Below, piece by piece: positions 26,401-39,039 of a stretch of 64,000 nucleotides of DNA (the stretch's first letter is position 1; every line of letters starts with the position of its first letter). Source of the DNA: Trichoplax adhaerens (lineage: Eukaryota; Animalia; Placozoa); contig NW_002060944.1 of the NCBI RefSeq assembly GCF_000150275.1, positions 7,182,756 to 7,246,755 on the forward strand, read 5' to 3'. Below the pieces are notes generated by a model. It saw only the letters and a list, made by a program, of their open reading frames with translations, was not told where the DNA came from and searched no databases. A program made the translations under genes and the position numbers.

Positions 26401-29195
26401 TAGGACTACTGAGTGGAGAAACCACCTTGGGCTGCTGCCAGTAGTAGACAACCTCATACAAGTATCCTGCACATCGAGCTCAAGATGGACGACTCAATAT
26501 TTATTATTCAGTAGAACTGCTGAAATTCTGTAGAACATAACTAGCACTGGCCAAAACCATACATCCATAGACTTGTAGAAATGTCCTACAAGTCCATGAT
26601 TCAATGCAGTTTCATGATGCCAAATGAAAGGACTGAATCATACGTCGAGATTACTCCATTCATTACTGGTGGACTACTGAGTTCAGTAGGCCATGACCAT
26701 CATGTCATGGGCTTGCAGAAATTGCCTGCATGTCCATGATATAGTAAAGTAGAGAACAGTGTATACTGTACTTCATGCTGCTTCAAGAAGTTGAAACTAC
26801 TCTACTCAGTGTTGTAATACCAGAAAATTCTCTTATCGCAAGTCAAGACTAAATAATACTTAACTTGCAATTACTTCCGTAATTGACAAAGTTACAGATA
26901 CTATTAGAACTATCAATCAAGTAGTTATTATTATTATTATTGAATGGATAATGTTCTGATTATGAAAAATTATTATTTATTTTTACCAATTCTCTGATCA
27001 TGACATTCACTATTGCACTTAACATTAGCCTTAAAGCATTTGCATCGGTTAATAATACAAGATGCATGGCATTTCGCGAATTGACTGGATTTCGTACTTG
27101 GACGGTAACAACAGTGTACTGGTTTCAGTCACTGTTGTTCAGTAGCTAATGTAACTGTACTGTTAATCTTGTTGTACACTGCAACACATTGTAGAACTAC
27201 ATGGCTATACAGTAGAACTTAATGGTATTACATAAACTGCAATATGCACGGACAATATTGTTTGTGCAAGGCCTCACTGACTGGTGCAATCAATGGACTG
27301 AATATTCCCGAAAAGAAATCACTTATCCGCAATCAATCCCATACTGAGCTACCAAAACGATTCAGGATAATGCAATGTGGTGTACTACAGTTTGATACTG
27401 AACAGTGAAAACTGCTGTTAGCTTGTCATTTCAAGCTTTAACTCGAATGTGTGTATCACTACTCTGCAATCTTCGTTTGTAGAGGTCTGGTGTGGATATC
27501 CTAAAAGTAAAACTACTTCAATGCTTATCATTTTGCCCCATCTCTCAATTAAACTATTAAATATTTGCTGTTTTCTGATTGTAGTCCATGACGAAGCCTA
27601 TTCTCGAGCATTACTGCCGAGTTGCTCTAAAATACTAGTATAAAGCCAAATTGCAGGTAGTATTTATGATACGACGAATGAACAAAGCAATTTTGAAAAG
27701 TCAATTATTGAACACTACTGTCTAATAGCTCTAAAACAGTATCATAGCTAAAACTGGCGGCATTATCAAATGATAATATATGCGACGAGTAAATACTCTA
27801 CAACAGTTTTCCTTTAAGAAACATCAATTGTCGGCTTACATCCAACGGTTCAACTGTCTCCTGCTGTCACGCAAATTACTTCAATTAGCAAAAATGATAT
27901 ATTAATAGTATTCTCCAAGGCATGTTTTTATCATTGTCAATTTATACAAATCCGGATTATAGATTGCACTATACAGTACTCACATATTACAAAACATGTT
28001 ATCATTATTTAGTAATTAGTTCTGGCTTACAATATTTGAATACATGGCCAGAATAAGAATAGGCAGTGATGAATAACAGATAAATAATGCTTAATCATTA
28101 ACTTAATTTTCTATCCAATTTTAATCAATAATATAGCATATTTATCAAAAACATGACAACTATTACCATCAAGATGAGATACTTGAAACTACACAACAAT
28201 CAAAACAAGATGGTACTGTTCTCGGTATCTTGCTAATAAAGCAGCACTTACGATTACTAAACATAACAAAAACCGCCCTTTCCATTTCAACACAGTAATA
28301 AAAGTCTAAATAATATGAACTGACAGTGAATAAAAAAAGTTTTATCCGGTTCAATACTTTTTTGTCAAGCACAGACTACTAGAGATAAGACCAATTACTA
28401 TGCAAATCAACATTTATATAGTCAATTGTATCTTTTAAACTTGACTACTAAAATAAATCACATGTTCGACTGGACTCACGAGAGAATAACAAATAATCTC
28501 AAGTCTCCATCATACCCTTCAACTTTTAAACTGTAAATGTTATAGCTAATTTAGAATCTAATACTTTATGCTACCTTACACTAAATACAATGATACTCTA
28601 CAATAATAGCATTTACTTTATTACTCCGTCATATATTAACAAGGAACAAAATCCTTTACTGCATTACTACATAATGGTATCGCCATCTATCGAAATATTT
28701 AGATACAAGCGTAGAAAGTTTAACGTAAATGATATTAGATATAAATTCTAAGCAAAGTACCTAATGACAGAATCACTATTAGAAATAATGCAGTGCGTAG
28801 ATCATTTAAATAGTATATATTAATATAATATACACTTACATCTAAACAGCCAGTATACTATCTGGCCTATACTACTGCATTAACTTTATTCAACAATATA
28901 ATTACTAAACAATTTTAAAACTACATAAACATAAAATTATTAAAATTTTAGAAAGCAACTGTTTCAATCAAACTGGCTATATCATTTCGAATTTTTCCAG
29001 TAACAGTAAAGAGAATATCAAATAATTCAGAATGATTGAATACTTAAAATCAGGTAAGGAAAGTTGTCCATCCACATCAATAGCAAGGCTTGTTATCGGT
29101 ACACGGCGTAATTTTTAATAAGAGTGAGTGATCATATTTAACAGACACATATTACATAAAAAATGCTCGATTGATCTTACTACGTTTGAAGAGTT

Positions 29196-31635
29196 TTAAT
29201 TGCCACGCTGTGCGTAATCATGGTCCGTAACTAGCTTGCAATGCATTGGATATCCTACGCAATTAAAAAAATTACATTGTCATTTTATTATAGAGTGTAT
29301 TGTATCGATAAGAAGATATCTTAATTTCTGTTATATTTCTATAATAGAAAACGCTAATTTGCATTAATTAGAAATTCATGGGGTTAAACACGTATTAAAT
29401 ACCGTCTAAGCTCCGGTTATGATAACTGGAAACAGCCTTAATAGCATCGCTTTCATTGACATAGACAACTTCGGCAATACCATTAGTATTGAGTCTAGCA
29501 GATCGTAATCTACCAATAGCTCCAAATAATTCCTAAGTTTGCATATAATTAATCAGACAGTGTGAATAGCAAGTAGTTTATGTGCTAACGAACAACATTC
29601 CATGCTTTCAATCAAGCTAGCGCATGATGTAGTCTGCTGAATAATCATACTATTCATAGTATGATCGAGCATTATCATAATGTGCTTACTAATACTGCAG
29701 GTAACGCAAATTAACAACATACCTTAATATCATCTTCGGTGACGGTATAATATAGATTGCTAACAACCACCACATGTTCTACGGGTTTTTTCGGCGTTTG
29801 CTATAAATTATGCGCAAATGTTGAAGCTATTGTTAATCCCATCATAAAAACTACATTTACATGAGACGCTAACGAAATAATATAACAAGTAGATCGTACC
29901 TCCGGTAAATCGTTAAATATTGTAACTTTAAGCGATGCCGGCGATATCAAGCTACTTTTGTCAACCTTAGCACTCTTTGAAGTAATAGCTTTGCTACTAT
30001 TTATGGTACCACTACTACCAAAGATTGTCTTGTTAGGTACTCTATCTTTTATAATATTCTTAGTACTAGCGCTTGTGGTAGAGGAATTAAACTAGTGCAA
30101 GTAAAATTCAGATATTAGCTGACATCAATTTTCATTAATAATATATCATTAAGTATTCACAAAAACAAGAAATAATTTTTAATTACTTTAATTGGATTCT
30201 TTGCAGCAGGATTACTTGTTCTTTCATTGCGCAACGTGATGAATAGAGATCCTTCTTTCCGATTACGTTCAGAAGCCTTCTTACGTTTTTCCTCTATAAG
30301 AGAAGATCTTTGACGCTTTCGATCATTGTCTATAGACTAAAAAATTGGTAGTACTTCATTTTAACATCAACTATGTATTGGATTATAGATACAATAAGAT
30401 ATTTACGGAATGTACTGCACTGTCTATTGTCATAAAAGGTAGAGATAGATGATTAATTTTTTGATAATGAACTGCACAATATCAGCTTGAAGATGGCTAA
30501 TGCTGCATGGTTAACAACAATAATATTCATTGCAGTTACTTTTGCTATTCGTATGCATCATTACAGTAGTATCGGGGAAATAATAACTTTATATCTTAAC
30601 GAGCAATTCATTCAGATGGAGAAAATTAAATCAACGTTTGCAGTCATCTTCCTTAGATTCTCATACGTGAAGATTTCATTGACGTCATTTTCATAATATA
30701 ATGCATATTTAGTTTTAGAAATGCTGGAGATATATCATCCAATTTCAGAGTCGTATGCGGGAAAGACTATCTTAAGATATACTCGTACGTATAAAGTCTA
30801 GACTGACAACTAAAGTATTGTATAGTATATTCTATCTGATTGTAAACTAAACGAGTGGCGAATTCATTATTCCTATAACATGCGTACATTTCGACTGAGT
30901 GGATAGCAATGCTTATAAGAAATCATATTAAGCATATAGATTAAAGATAAACTAATGTTAACTTAACTGACGATTGGTATAGCTTTCACTAGTGTGCTAA
31001 GTCTAGCCTGTTAAACTAACTGTAATCTTGTACCAAACCGGTTGATCACAGTGGTTGTCTATTGAAGTACATGCTATTATCCCATATTTAGTTATTTAAT
31101 TTACTTATACAGTACTTCGTACTTGCTTAGACCGTACTGTAGATACTGGTTTAGCTGGAAGAGCTACCACTTTTTATAGACATATTAAGTAATGGAGAGT
31201 GCAGTGTTTACCATATTACTAAATTAAGTCAGTAAAACTTTTGAAGCACATGGAAGGGAAAAAATGATAAGAAAATAAATTTCATACTTGTCTCCTAGCT
31301 CGGCGTAAATTATTACTAGCATCGTAATCCTGCCTTCGAGGTGCCTTCTGTTTCATTCCACCACGGTTGTCTTGAATCATTTGCCTGGCATCGAAGGGAG
31401 CCGAGCGTTGAAACTTGTTCCTTGAATTTTGATTATTAGTACTTCTTTCGTTCGGTCTCGACAGTTTCTGTCTTGCATCGACGATCACTTGATTATTTTT
31501 CCCTCCTTTTGCACGAGATTGCTTGCCAGTACTTTTGACTTGATTTCCTTTCTTTTTGCCATTTTTCGATGATTTCACTTTCTTTTGAGCAATATAATCA
31601 TCAAGGGACATATCAATCGGATCATTTGCAGACAT
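29196..31635 (-). CDS. POLDIP3: Polymerase delta-interacting protein 3 (SKAR)-like RRM protein
   Basis: N-terminal DMSLDDYI motif, two DARQ motifs, and a C-terminal RRM VVSNLYYTVTEDDIKELFGAIGRLRSARLNTNGIAEVVYVNESDAIKAVSSYHNRSLDGYPMHCKL. Six exons join in phase. Confidence 0.85.
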
Positions 31636-32044
31636 GCTTATCAATAACTTCCTTGTTCTACTTTAATTGATCATTTTACGACATCAAAAAGAAAGGACAT
31701 ATTAGCAATGAATTGATGCTTCTTCAAGTATACACATTTTGCTTTTTCACTGTTGAACTAGACTACCATACGCGTACATAGAGTCATTTCATGACTAATT
31801 TACACTTCATTTCAACTCGACCATCTTAGTGTACTGTAGACGTAGCTCGGTAGCTGACTAATTCTTGTGTCTTGCTAAGTTATACTATAACGTTCTCTGA
31901 TACCGTTAAAGTAATCATAATACTTCTACTACGGAGATTGGCAGTAATGACTTTCCTACACATATATCATGTACGGCATTAATCTGTTCCGTAATCAATC
32001 CAAATGATGCATCACAATTACCTAATTTTTAAATTCTGTCTTGT

Positions 32045-32300
32045 AAAAAATAGCAAACTTTTATCGGCCAAATATTTGCCCTTCAAGGAATCACTTGGTA
32101 TCTTGCAGAATCAATCACTCGGTATAATTGAGTGGAAAATAGCAAAATTTCTTTTATCGGCCAATATCTGCCCTTCAAGGAAGCACTCGGTATCTTGCAG
32201 AATCAATCACTCGGTATAGTTTTGTGGAAAATAGCAAACTTTATCGGCCAATATCTACCCTTCAAGGAATCAAGAAGTATCTTGCAGAATCAATCACTCG
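32045..32300. repeat. ~90-bp tandem repeat, 3 copies, upstream of POLDIP3
   Basis: AAAATAGCAAA...TTATCGGCCAA...CCCTTCAAGGAA...GTATCTTGCAGAATCAATCACTCG occurs three times. Confidence 0.9.
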
Positions 32301-32706
32301 TAGTTGAGATGGTCGAAGAGGGTTTGCTGTATTTTATGATTGGCTTCAGTACGGTACCAACGGAACATCATACAGTACTGTACCCAATGTGCTACGTACA
32401 GTACAAACACTGTACTAAGGCAGTCGGGGTACTGTAGCTGGACGGGACAGTAGGCTACATTCAGGGGCTAGTGAGAGAGCGAGTAATCCCTGCTATAGTA
32501 GGACAACTTCCAGATTGTCATGAAAAATTACTAAAATTCTACTATGCTAAGTGCGGCGGTATACGGTAGAGTTGTCAGCTAGGATCTAGTCATTTGCAAA
32601 AATTTCCAAATTATGAAATAGACTGAATCAAGGCTGCCTGAAGTACAGCAGTACTGCATAAAACTGGCTCAAATACATCAAGAGTAATGGATAGGGGCTA
32701 CTGAAA

Positions 32707-32987
32707 TACTGCCCAAAGTACAGTATTAAAAATGTCCTTGGCTAATAGGCATAACTTGAAATACTGCTAAAATTAAGCAAACTTTTTACCTTAGCTTGCT
32801 CTTTACCATAGGTAACAGATACAGTACAGTAATAAATCGTTAGGTAGTACTGCCCAAAGTACAGTATTAAACATGTCCATGACTAATAGGCATAACTTGA
32901 AATACTGCTAAAATTTAAGCAAACTTTACCTTAGCTTGCTCTTTACCATAGGTAACAGATACAGTACAGCAATAAATCGTTAGGTAG
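32707..32987. repeat. 141-bp tandem duplication
   Basis: TACTGCCCAAAGTACAGTATTAAA...AATAAATCGTTAGGTAG at 32707 and 32848. Confidence 0.9.
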
Positions 32988-33270
32988 GACGCAAGTACTA
33001 GACTCATATAACTGTAGTTTATGCAGTAAAATGCAATTATTAATATCGGAAATTACTCTTTCCCGAACGCTGATATTCCGATTTATTAGTCAATTATAAT
33101 TTCTATTACAACAATTATGGGCTATAAGTCCACCCGCAGAACATAATCTGTTACAGTAATTAACACATATAGTGAAAAAAATTGCAGCATTTCCAATTTC
33201 CCATGAATATTCACACCCATAAAAAACAATTGCAAGAAATAGCTTCAAGAAGAACAGCTAGAAGCAAATT

Positions 33271-36200
33271 TTATTTCTTTTCACCATCATCATCATCATC
33301 GTCCTCTTCGTCATCGTCATCTTTGTCCAATAAAATAATGAAACCGTAAACCGAGAGTAACAATTAGAAATTTAGTTATACCCTAAAAACTTACCTTCAT
33401 TTTCGGAATAATCATCACCATCTTCATCTTCGAAGGTGTTTTCAGGCACAGAATATAAACGAATCATAGGCTAACCAAATTGATGTTACAATAAGTTAAT
33501 CGTAGCATAGACCTCAAATAGGAATTTCGATACAATCATAACATTAAATGACTCGTTACCTTATTCGGATCTTTCAAAATAACATATTTGCCTTCACTGT
33601 ATGACATCAAAGTATCAATAATTACTCGAAGGATACCCCAAGCATTGTCCATTTGTAAATTTATTTGCGACGCAAATTCTACAGATGAATATTGTTGTGT
33701 TCCAAGAACTACATGTTTTGAGGTACTGGCTGGATTGACACGAGAAACGTAACTAGGAAAAGAAATAGGATAATCTTTTAATCGCACTGAACTCTCAGTC
33801 ACTACCTACTCAATCAGGATCAATTCCCTTGTGCATAACATACCCAAATTTAAGAATTTGTGATCCAGCTAGTATTGCGCTAGCAGTCCATTTGGTTAGC
33901 TTATAGCTATTATTCTTAAGTTCTGCCGCAAGAACTGCACCTCGTTGAGTATCTAACTTTTTACGCCAATCTATCTTACTGAACTGTAAAAATAGAATTA
34001 TCTTCGTTTAGACATAATCCGGCAATGGATATGAAAACATTCTGCTTTTATTACTTGTGGATCGTATTCATTTAAAGCTTTAATATTCATAAATGTTGGC
34101 TCGCTGCTAGCAGTAACCCATACAGCGTCATGCTCGCATCTGACTATCAATTCGATAGCAGCTGCATCATCTTTCTTTAATACCCATTTACGATACCTAT
34201 CATATTTACAGGAAGAATTATTTTTAAATGCACAAGGAAGACCTCATTACAACGAAAGAAAGTACCTATAGCCAACGGAAGCAACATCGCTGTCCTCTTC
34301 CTCTTGCACAAATGGGTTAGGCTTATCAAATTCAAATCGCTCCCCCTAAATGAAATTAGCTCCAATTTAACGCCGGCAGCTACTACTTTCCATTAAATCA
34401 GAAATTTTACGCACCTTCTTAAGAACTTGTTGTGAGAAATGTTGATTAATTATTGTTGCCTCAAGTGCTAGACTTTGTGCAGAGTTTATTCCGTCTTCAT
34501 CATCTGGAGGCGGATCGTACGAGGTTTCATTAACAGTTAACAAGTCTATTTTAAGATAATAAAATCAGAATAATAGTGTCTATTTTAAATGGGGTCGGCG
34601 TCAATTGTAATCCTTGTAATATAATAATTGTTAGCCTAAGAAAAATGCTAAGAACAATTACTAACCAAACCCCGAATCATCGCGCTTGTCAAGGAAAAGT
34701 TTATCACGTACGCGCTAAGTAATAAAAGTAAAAATGTCTCACAATAAAAACCAGATATCACTGCTACTAAATATTAGTGTTACAAGTTTTCATACATGAG
34801 CAACGATATCCCAGGGGTAGACGGATCTCGAGCAAGTCATCAAGGTCGCAATTATAGCATCCGTAGCAAAAACATTCCCTTTCGAAGTTAGCTAAACGTG
34901 AATATAGGACAAAATTATAAAATTTATGAGAATCAAGAAGGTGCATAAGAGATTGTATCCATTTGGCTTTGTACTCAGATATCTCCCGTAGCCACAGCGA
35001 CGGAATTGATAATTTACGATAAACGTATAGCGGTTAATTCGTATCTACGACTAACCTTGCGAATAATTGGATCATCCGTTGTAGTTACTTTATGAAAAGT
35101 TCGATTGACTGGTAACAAGGGCTTTTCGTTTCTTACATTTACTCGATCGTAAGACTTGTCATAGTATTCCATAGAACCGCAACAGTAACTTAAATAGAAG
35201 AATAGCACCAACAATTGGATTAGTTTAGAATAGGAATATTAATTACCTATACAATATTATTATGTTAAAATTAGTATCAGCTCATAACGGTCTGCTGTCG
35301 TGTAAACACACTATCCTTACAGGTCTTCCGGTTGGCCAACGTCGGGTAAATTGAGCTTACTCAACTGAGCGAATGATATTTCGTCAAATTCTTTCCAGTT
35401 ATAAAGTACTTCTACGGAAGCTGTGCGATGTTTAGCTTGCGGTTGCTGTTGGATTTTGAGTAGATAACTTAATAACGTAGTACTGTTAACAATTTCCTAG
35501 TGCTAAATTCACAAATAGTCCACTAACTTGGTGGTGGCCGCGGCCGTATGAATAATAGTGTTTTTGTTTCTTGCGTTGACGATTGTCCCTAAGCAAAGAA
35601 AATTGAAGATTAATAATCGTTAGGGGCCTTCACATGGAAATTGGTACGTGACAACTCTACAAATTAATCGTTTCTTTATGCATGCAATTTTATTGGAAAA
35701 TGGTCTCACAAGTGTAGGATGTAAACGTACTAAGTGAGCTGATGTTTTGAAAAGGAAACTGTATTTAACGAAATTACAGTATTCATTACCTGTCACGATT
35801 GCCATGAGTGTTGTAGACCTGCCGACGATTGTATCGCTAATTGACGTGAGTAATAAAAGTGCAAAGAGTTTGATAGTTATTAATATAAAAAGATTTTTAA
35901 GTCATTTTACTGTGTGTCTATCATTCTATACAAATATTGACGGACGTGTACGGATGCAATAAAATACAGTACTATAAATTGGTAGATAAATAGAAATTTG
36001 ATTTTCATTGCAAGTCAATCGATTATTATACCTGTCTATTGTACATATACCGGCGATGTCCATGCTTGTCCTTCCTAGTATTTGTATCAACTAATTTGAA
36101 GGTATCATCTTGATCATGGTAGTAGCTATACGCAGAGCCTCCAGCTCCAAAGTGTGCCGCATATTTATCTAAATTTTAAAAGCAGGTGAAGATAAATTGG

Positions 36201-37404
36201 ATCGATTTCTCATCAATACGCCTATATGTATTGTAATGCCTTCAATTTTATCTATTTTCTGCAGTATCAAATCAATGGAATATATTGCCTGACGTGAAGA
36301 TGAGGCACTGATACTATATAAGTTTATATTTCTTTTTTTTACCTTTCGTTTTCTTATCTTGAGAGGTACCTACAGCATTCCAATCTGCTATCTATTTGTG
36401 AAAATGTATAATTACATTACTGCCTTCATCAAGATGCTATTCATTCTATCTTTAACACTTTGATATTTTTATCATTTACGGTCCAATATCATAAGATTTT
36501 ATGAACTACTGTACCACTGTACGGGTATTACAAGGTTGAGTGAGGATCAGTTAGTTCATCTCGTGACAAGTGAATGAAATGTCATGCACATGGTTTGCTA
36601 TTTTCTCGTATGATTATTTACACCAAGTTCGTAAAAGGTGTCGTGGCAAAACCGAGTTGGAAATTCGACTGGCTACGGGGTGAAACGATTACAACACTAC
36701 TAATACATTTTGTCGAAGCAATCCAATCACTTTCCTTTCTATGTATTATAATTCATTAATCCAGGGAATTGTCACTACGTCTTCTATCTACATCGATGTA
36801 TTTGTGAATATCAACAAGTACAATTCCAATCTTCAAAGCAGTAATATATAAGCAAGAGTCCCATCGATACATGAGTATTCTACTGCACTAGATTAATCGC
36901 TACCTTGCAGTGAGGTATGTCATGATATCGAGGACATTGTTATTAGCCCTCGACCGCGACTTTCAAGTTGAGTAATAGAGTAAAATAGTTTTTAAAGTGT
37001 GCCTGTAGTCCAATCTATTGGATTGTCTCTTTGGATATCGATTACTTTACATGTTGTAGAATAGAAATAGTTTCATTTTTTCTTGACTGTTGATATCCAT
37101 GGACACTCTCCACAGTACTCTCCTAGTATATCGTGATTTATAGCACGCCAGGCACGCATAGGACATTGATATTCATGTCGCGCCAGTCTGCTAAGATCTA
37201 CGCTACTCAAGTATCGAAAGCGTACTACCATTGACATTGTAAAGCGGTAGCGTAAACTATTCTTATTTGTTCACTTACCTTTCCAAGTCGATCGCTCTTA
37301 GCAAAAGGCTGGTAAGGAATTTCTTGGAACTCATTTGGAACACTGTAAGGCCCCCAGCCATTGGGGTTGTCAGGAATTTCTGGTGGAATAAATCGAGCAG
37401 CCAT
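33271..37404 (-). CDS. EIF3D: Eukaryotic translation initiation factor 3 subunit D
   Basis: [19 protein letters not shown]...[114 protein letters not shown] and an acidic tail. Confidence 0.96.
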
Positions 37405-37839
37405 GTGTCGTCGATTGGTTAAGGCGTTTGCTATCGGCTGTTGCTTTTATACTATACAGAATACAAGTACAGTACAGTATAGCAGCTTGGCAGTCCAGTC
37501 AGTACGGTCCAGTACACTCAGTACAGCACTCTGATGTGTCGTTCTCGCTTTTCTTTCTCGTTGTCGGTGATTGGTGCCTTGCGCTTGGTGCTGCTAGCAG
37601 TGTTCCATTTTGCGTTCCGTTCACCACTTCAGCCACATACAGTAGCCTGTTGTTGTCTATTATCACGAACAGCAGTATGCGCTGTACAATGCAGTCCGCT
37701 GGTGAAGTACTGTAGAACACAGTACTTACCACTGTGACCCGGTACAGTACGTACTGTACAGTACAGTACAGCCCAAAGCAGTGGATATTGTACAGTACAG
37801 TGTTGTACTGTACAGTACACTGTAGCTTTGGAGACAGAT

Positions 37840-38645
37840 ACTGTACTGAAGGTATCGACCAAAGTCATTTCTTAATGAATGTCGTGTCAACTGTCAAGTC
37901 ACCACATACTGTAATTCAGTACCGTAGCAGTGAGTCACTTGTACTGTACTGTCGACCAAAGTCATTCCTTATGAATGTCGTGTCAACTGTCAAGTCACCA
38001 CATACTGTAATTCAGTACCGTAGCAGTGAGTCACTTGTACTGTACTGAAGGTATCGACCAATGTCATTTCTTAATGAATGTCGTGTCAACTACCAAGTCA
38101 CCACATACTGCACTGTAATTCAGTACCGTAGCAGTGAGTCACTTGTACAGTGTACACTGTACAGTACACATAGAAATGACTTTGGTTGACAGTACTGTAC
38201 AATGTACACTGTACATTGTACAATACTGTCAACCAAAGTCATCTCTTACAAATGTCGTGTCAACCGTCAAGTCACCACGTACTGTACTGTAATTCAGTAC
38301 CGTAGCAGTGAGTCACTTGTACAGTACTATACTGTCAACCAAAGTCATCTCTTACGAATGTCGTGTCAACCGTCAAGGCACCACATACTGTACTGTAATT
38401 CAGTACCGTAGCAGTGAGTCACTTGTACTATACTGTCAACCAAAGTCATCTCTTACGAATGTCGTGTCAACCGTCAAGGCACCACATACTGTACTGTAAT
38501 TCAGCACCGTAGCAGTGAGTCACTTGTACTATACTGTCAACCAAAGTCATCTCTTACGAATGTCGTGTCAACCGTCAAGGCACCACATACTGTACTGTAC
38601 TGTACTGTAAGTACTGTAATGCTGTACCGTAGCAGTGAGTCACTC
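37840..38645. repeat. ~100-bp tandem array (7 units) between divergent EIF3D and SPHK
   Basis: Unit ACCAAAGTCAT...AATGTCGTGTCAAC(C/T)GTCAAG(T/G)CACCACATACTGTAATTCAGTACCGTAGCAGTGAGTCACTTGTAC. TGAGTCA starts at about 37931, 38027, 38135, 38309, 38415, 38516 and 38636. Confidence 0.92.
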
Positions 38646-39039
38646 GCCATTGCACCACGCACAATATGTTGATATGAAGCTACCCATTGTTCGCTTGACC
38701 TCACGCTCAATCAAACGCGTCTCACCTGCAATTGCAACTCAACTAACCCTTGCAAGATTGAAAGTGAATCCTGAGGCATGAGTTAACCCAACGAACGGAA
38801 AAGATTGAGAAACTGCATTAGATTACTGCAGCTAAGTAGAGTGGATCTCCAAAGTTTATTCAGCTAGCAACGATCGGAAGGGATTATTCCGCTGTTGTCT
38901 ACTGTACAGTCATTGATGATTATCGCAGGAAATCACTGCTGAGTGTGTTGATCGCTTGAACATTTTGCAATTTAATCGTCCATCCCTGCTTGTTGATAGT
39001 ATACTGCCAACTACCTGCTACCTATTGGATGAGATCGTC

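Noticed and set aside
26800-29190. Unannotated gene in the gap between MFSD11 and POLDIP3
   Set aside because: AT-rich, with only short ORFs and no motifs; most simply the POLDIP3 3' UTR plus intergenic DNA.
37428-38499. Y/C/T/V-rich ORFs (also 13516-13767, 26185-26472, 55545-55868)
   Set aside because: They are translations of CAGTA/TACTG low-complexity tracts and tandem repeats, with no recognisable domain.
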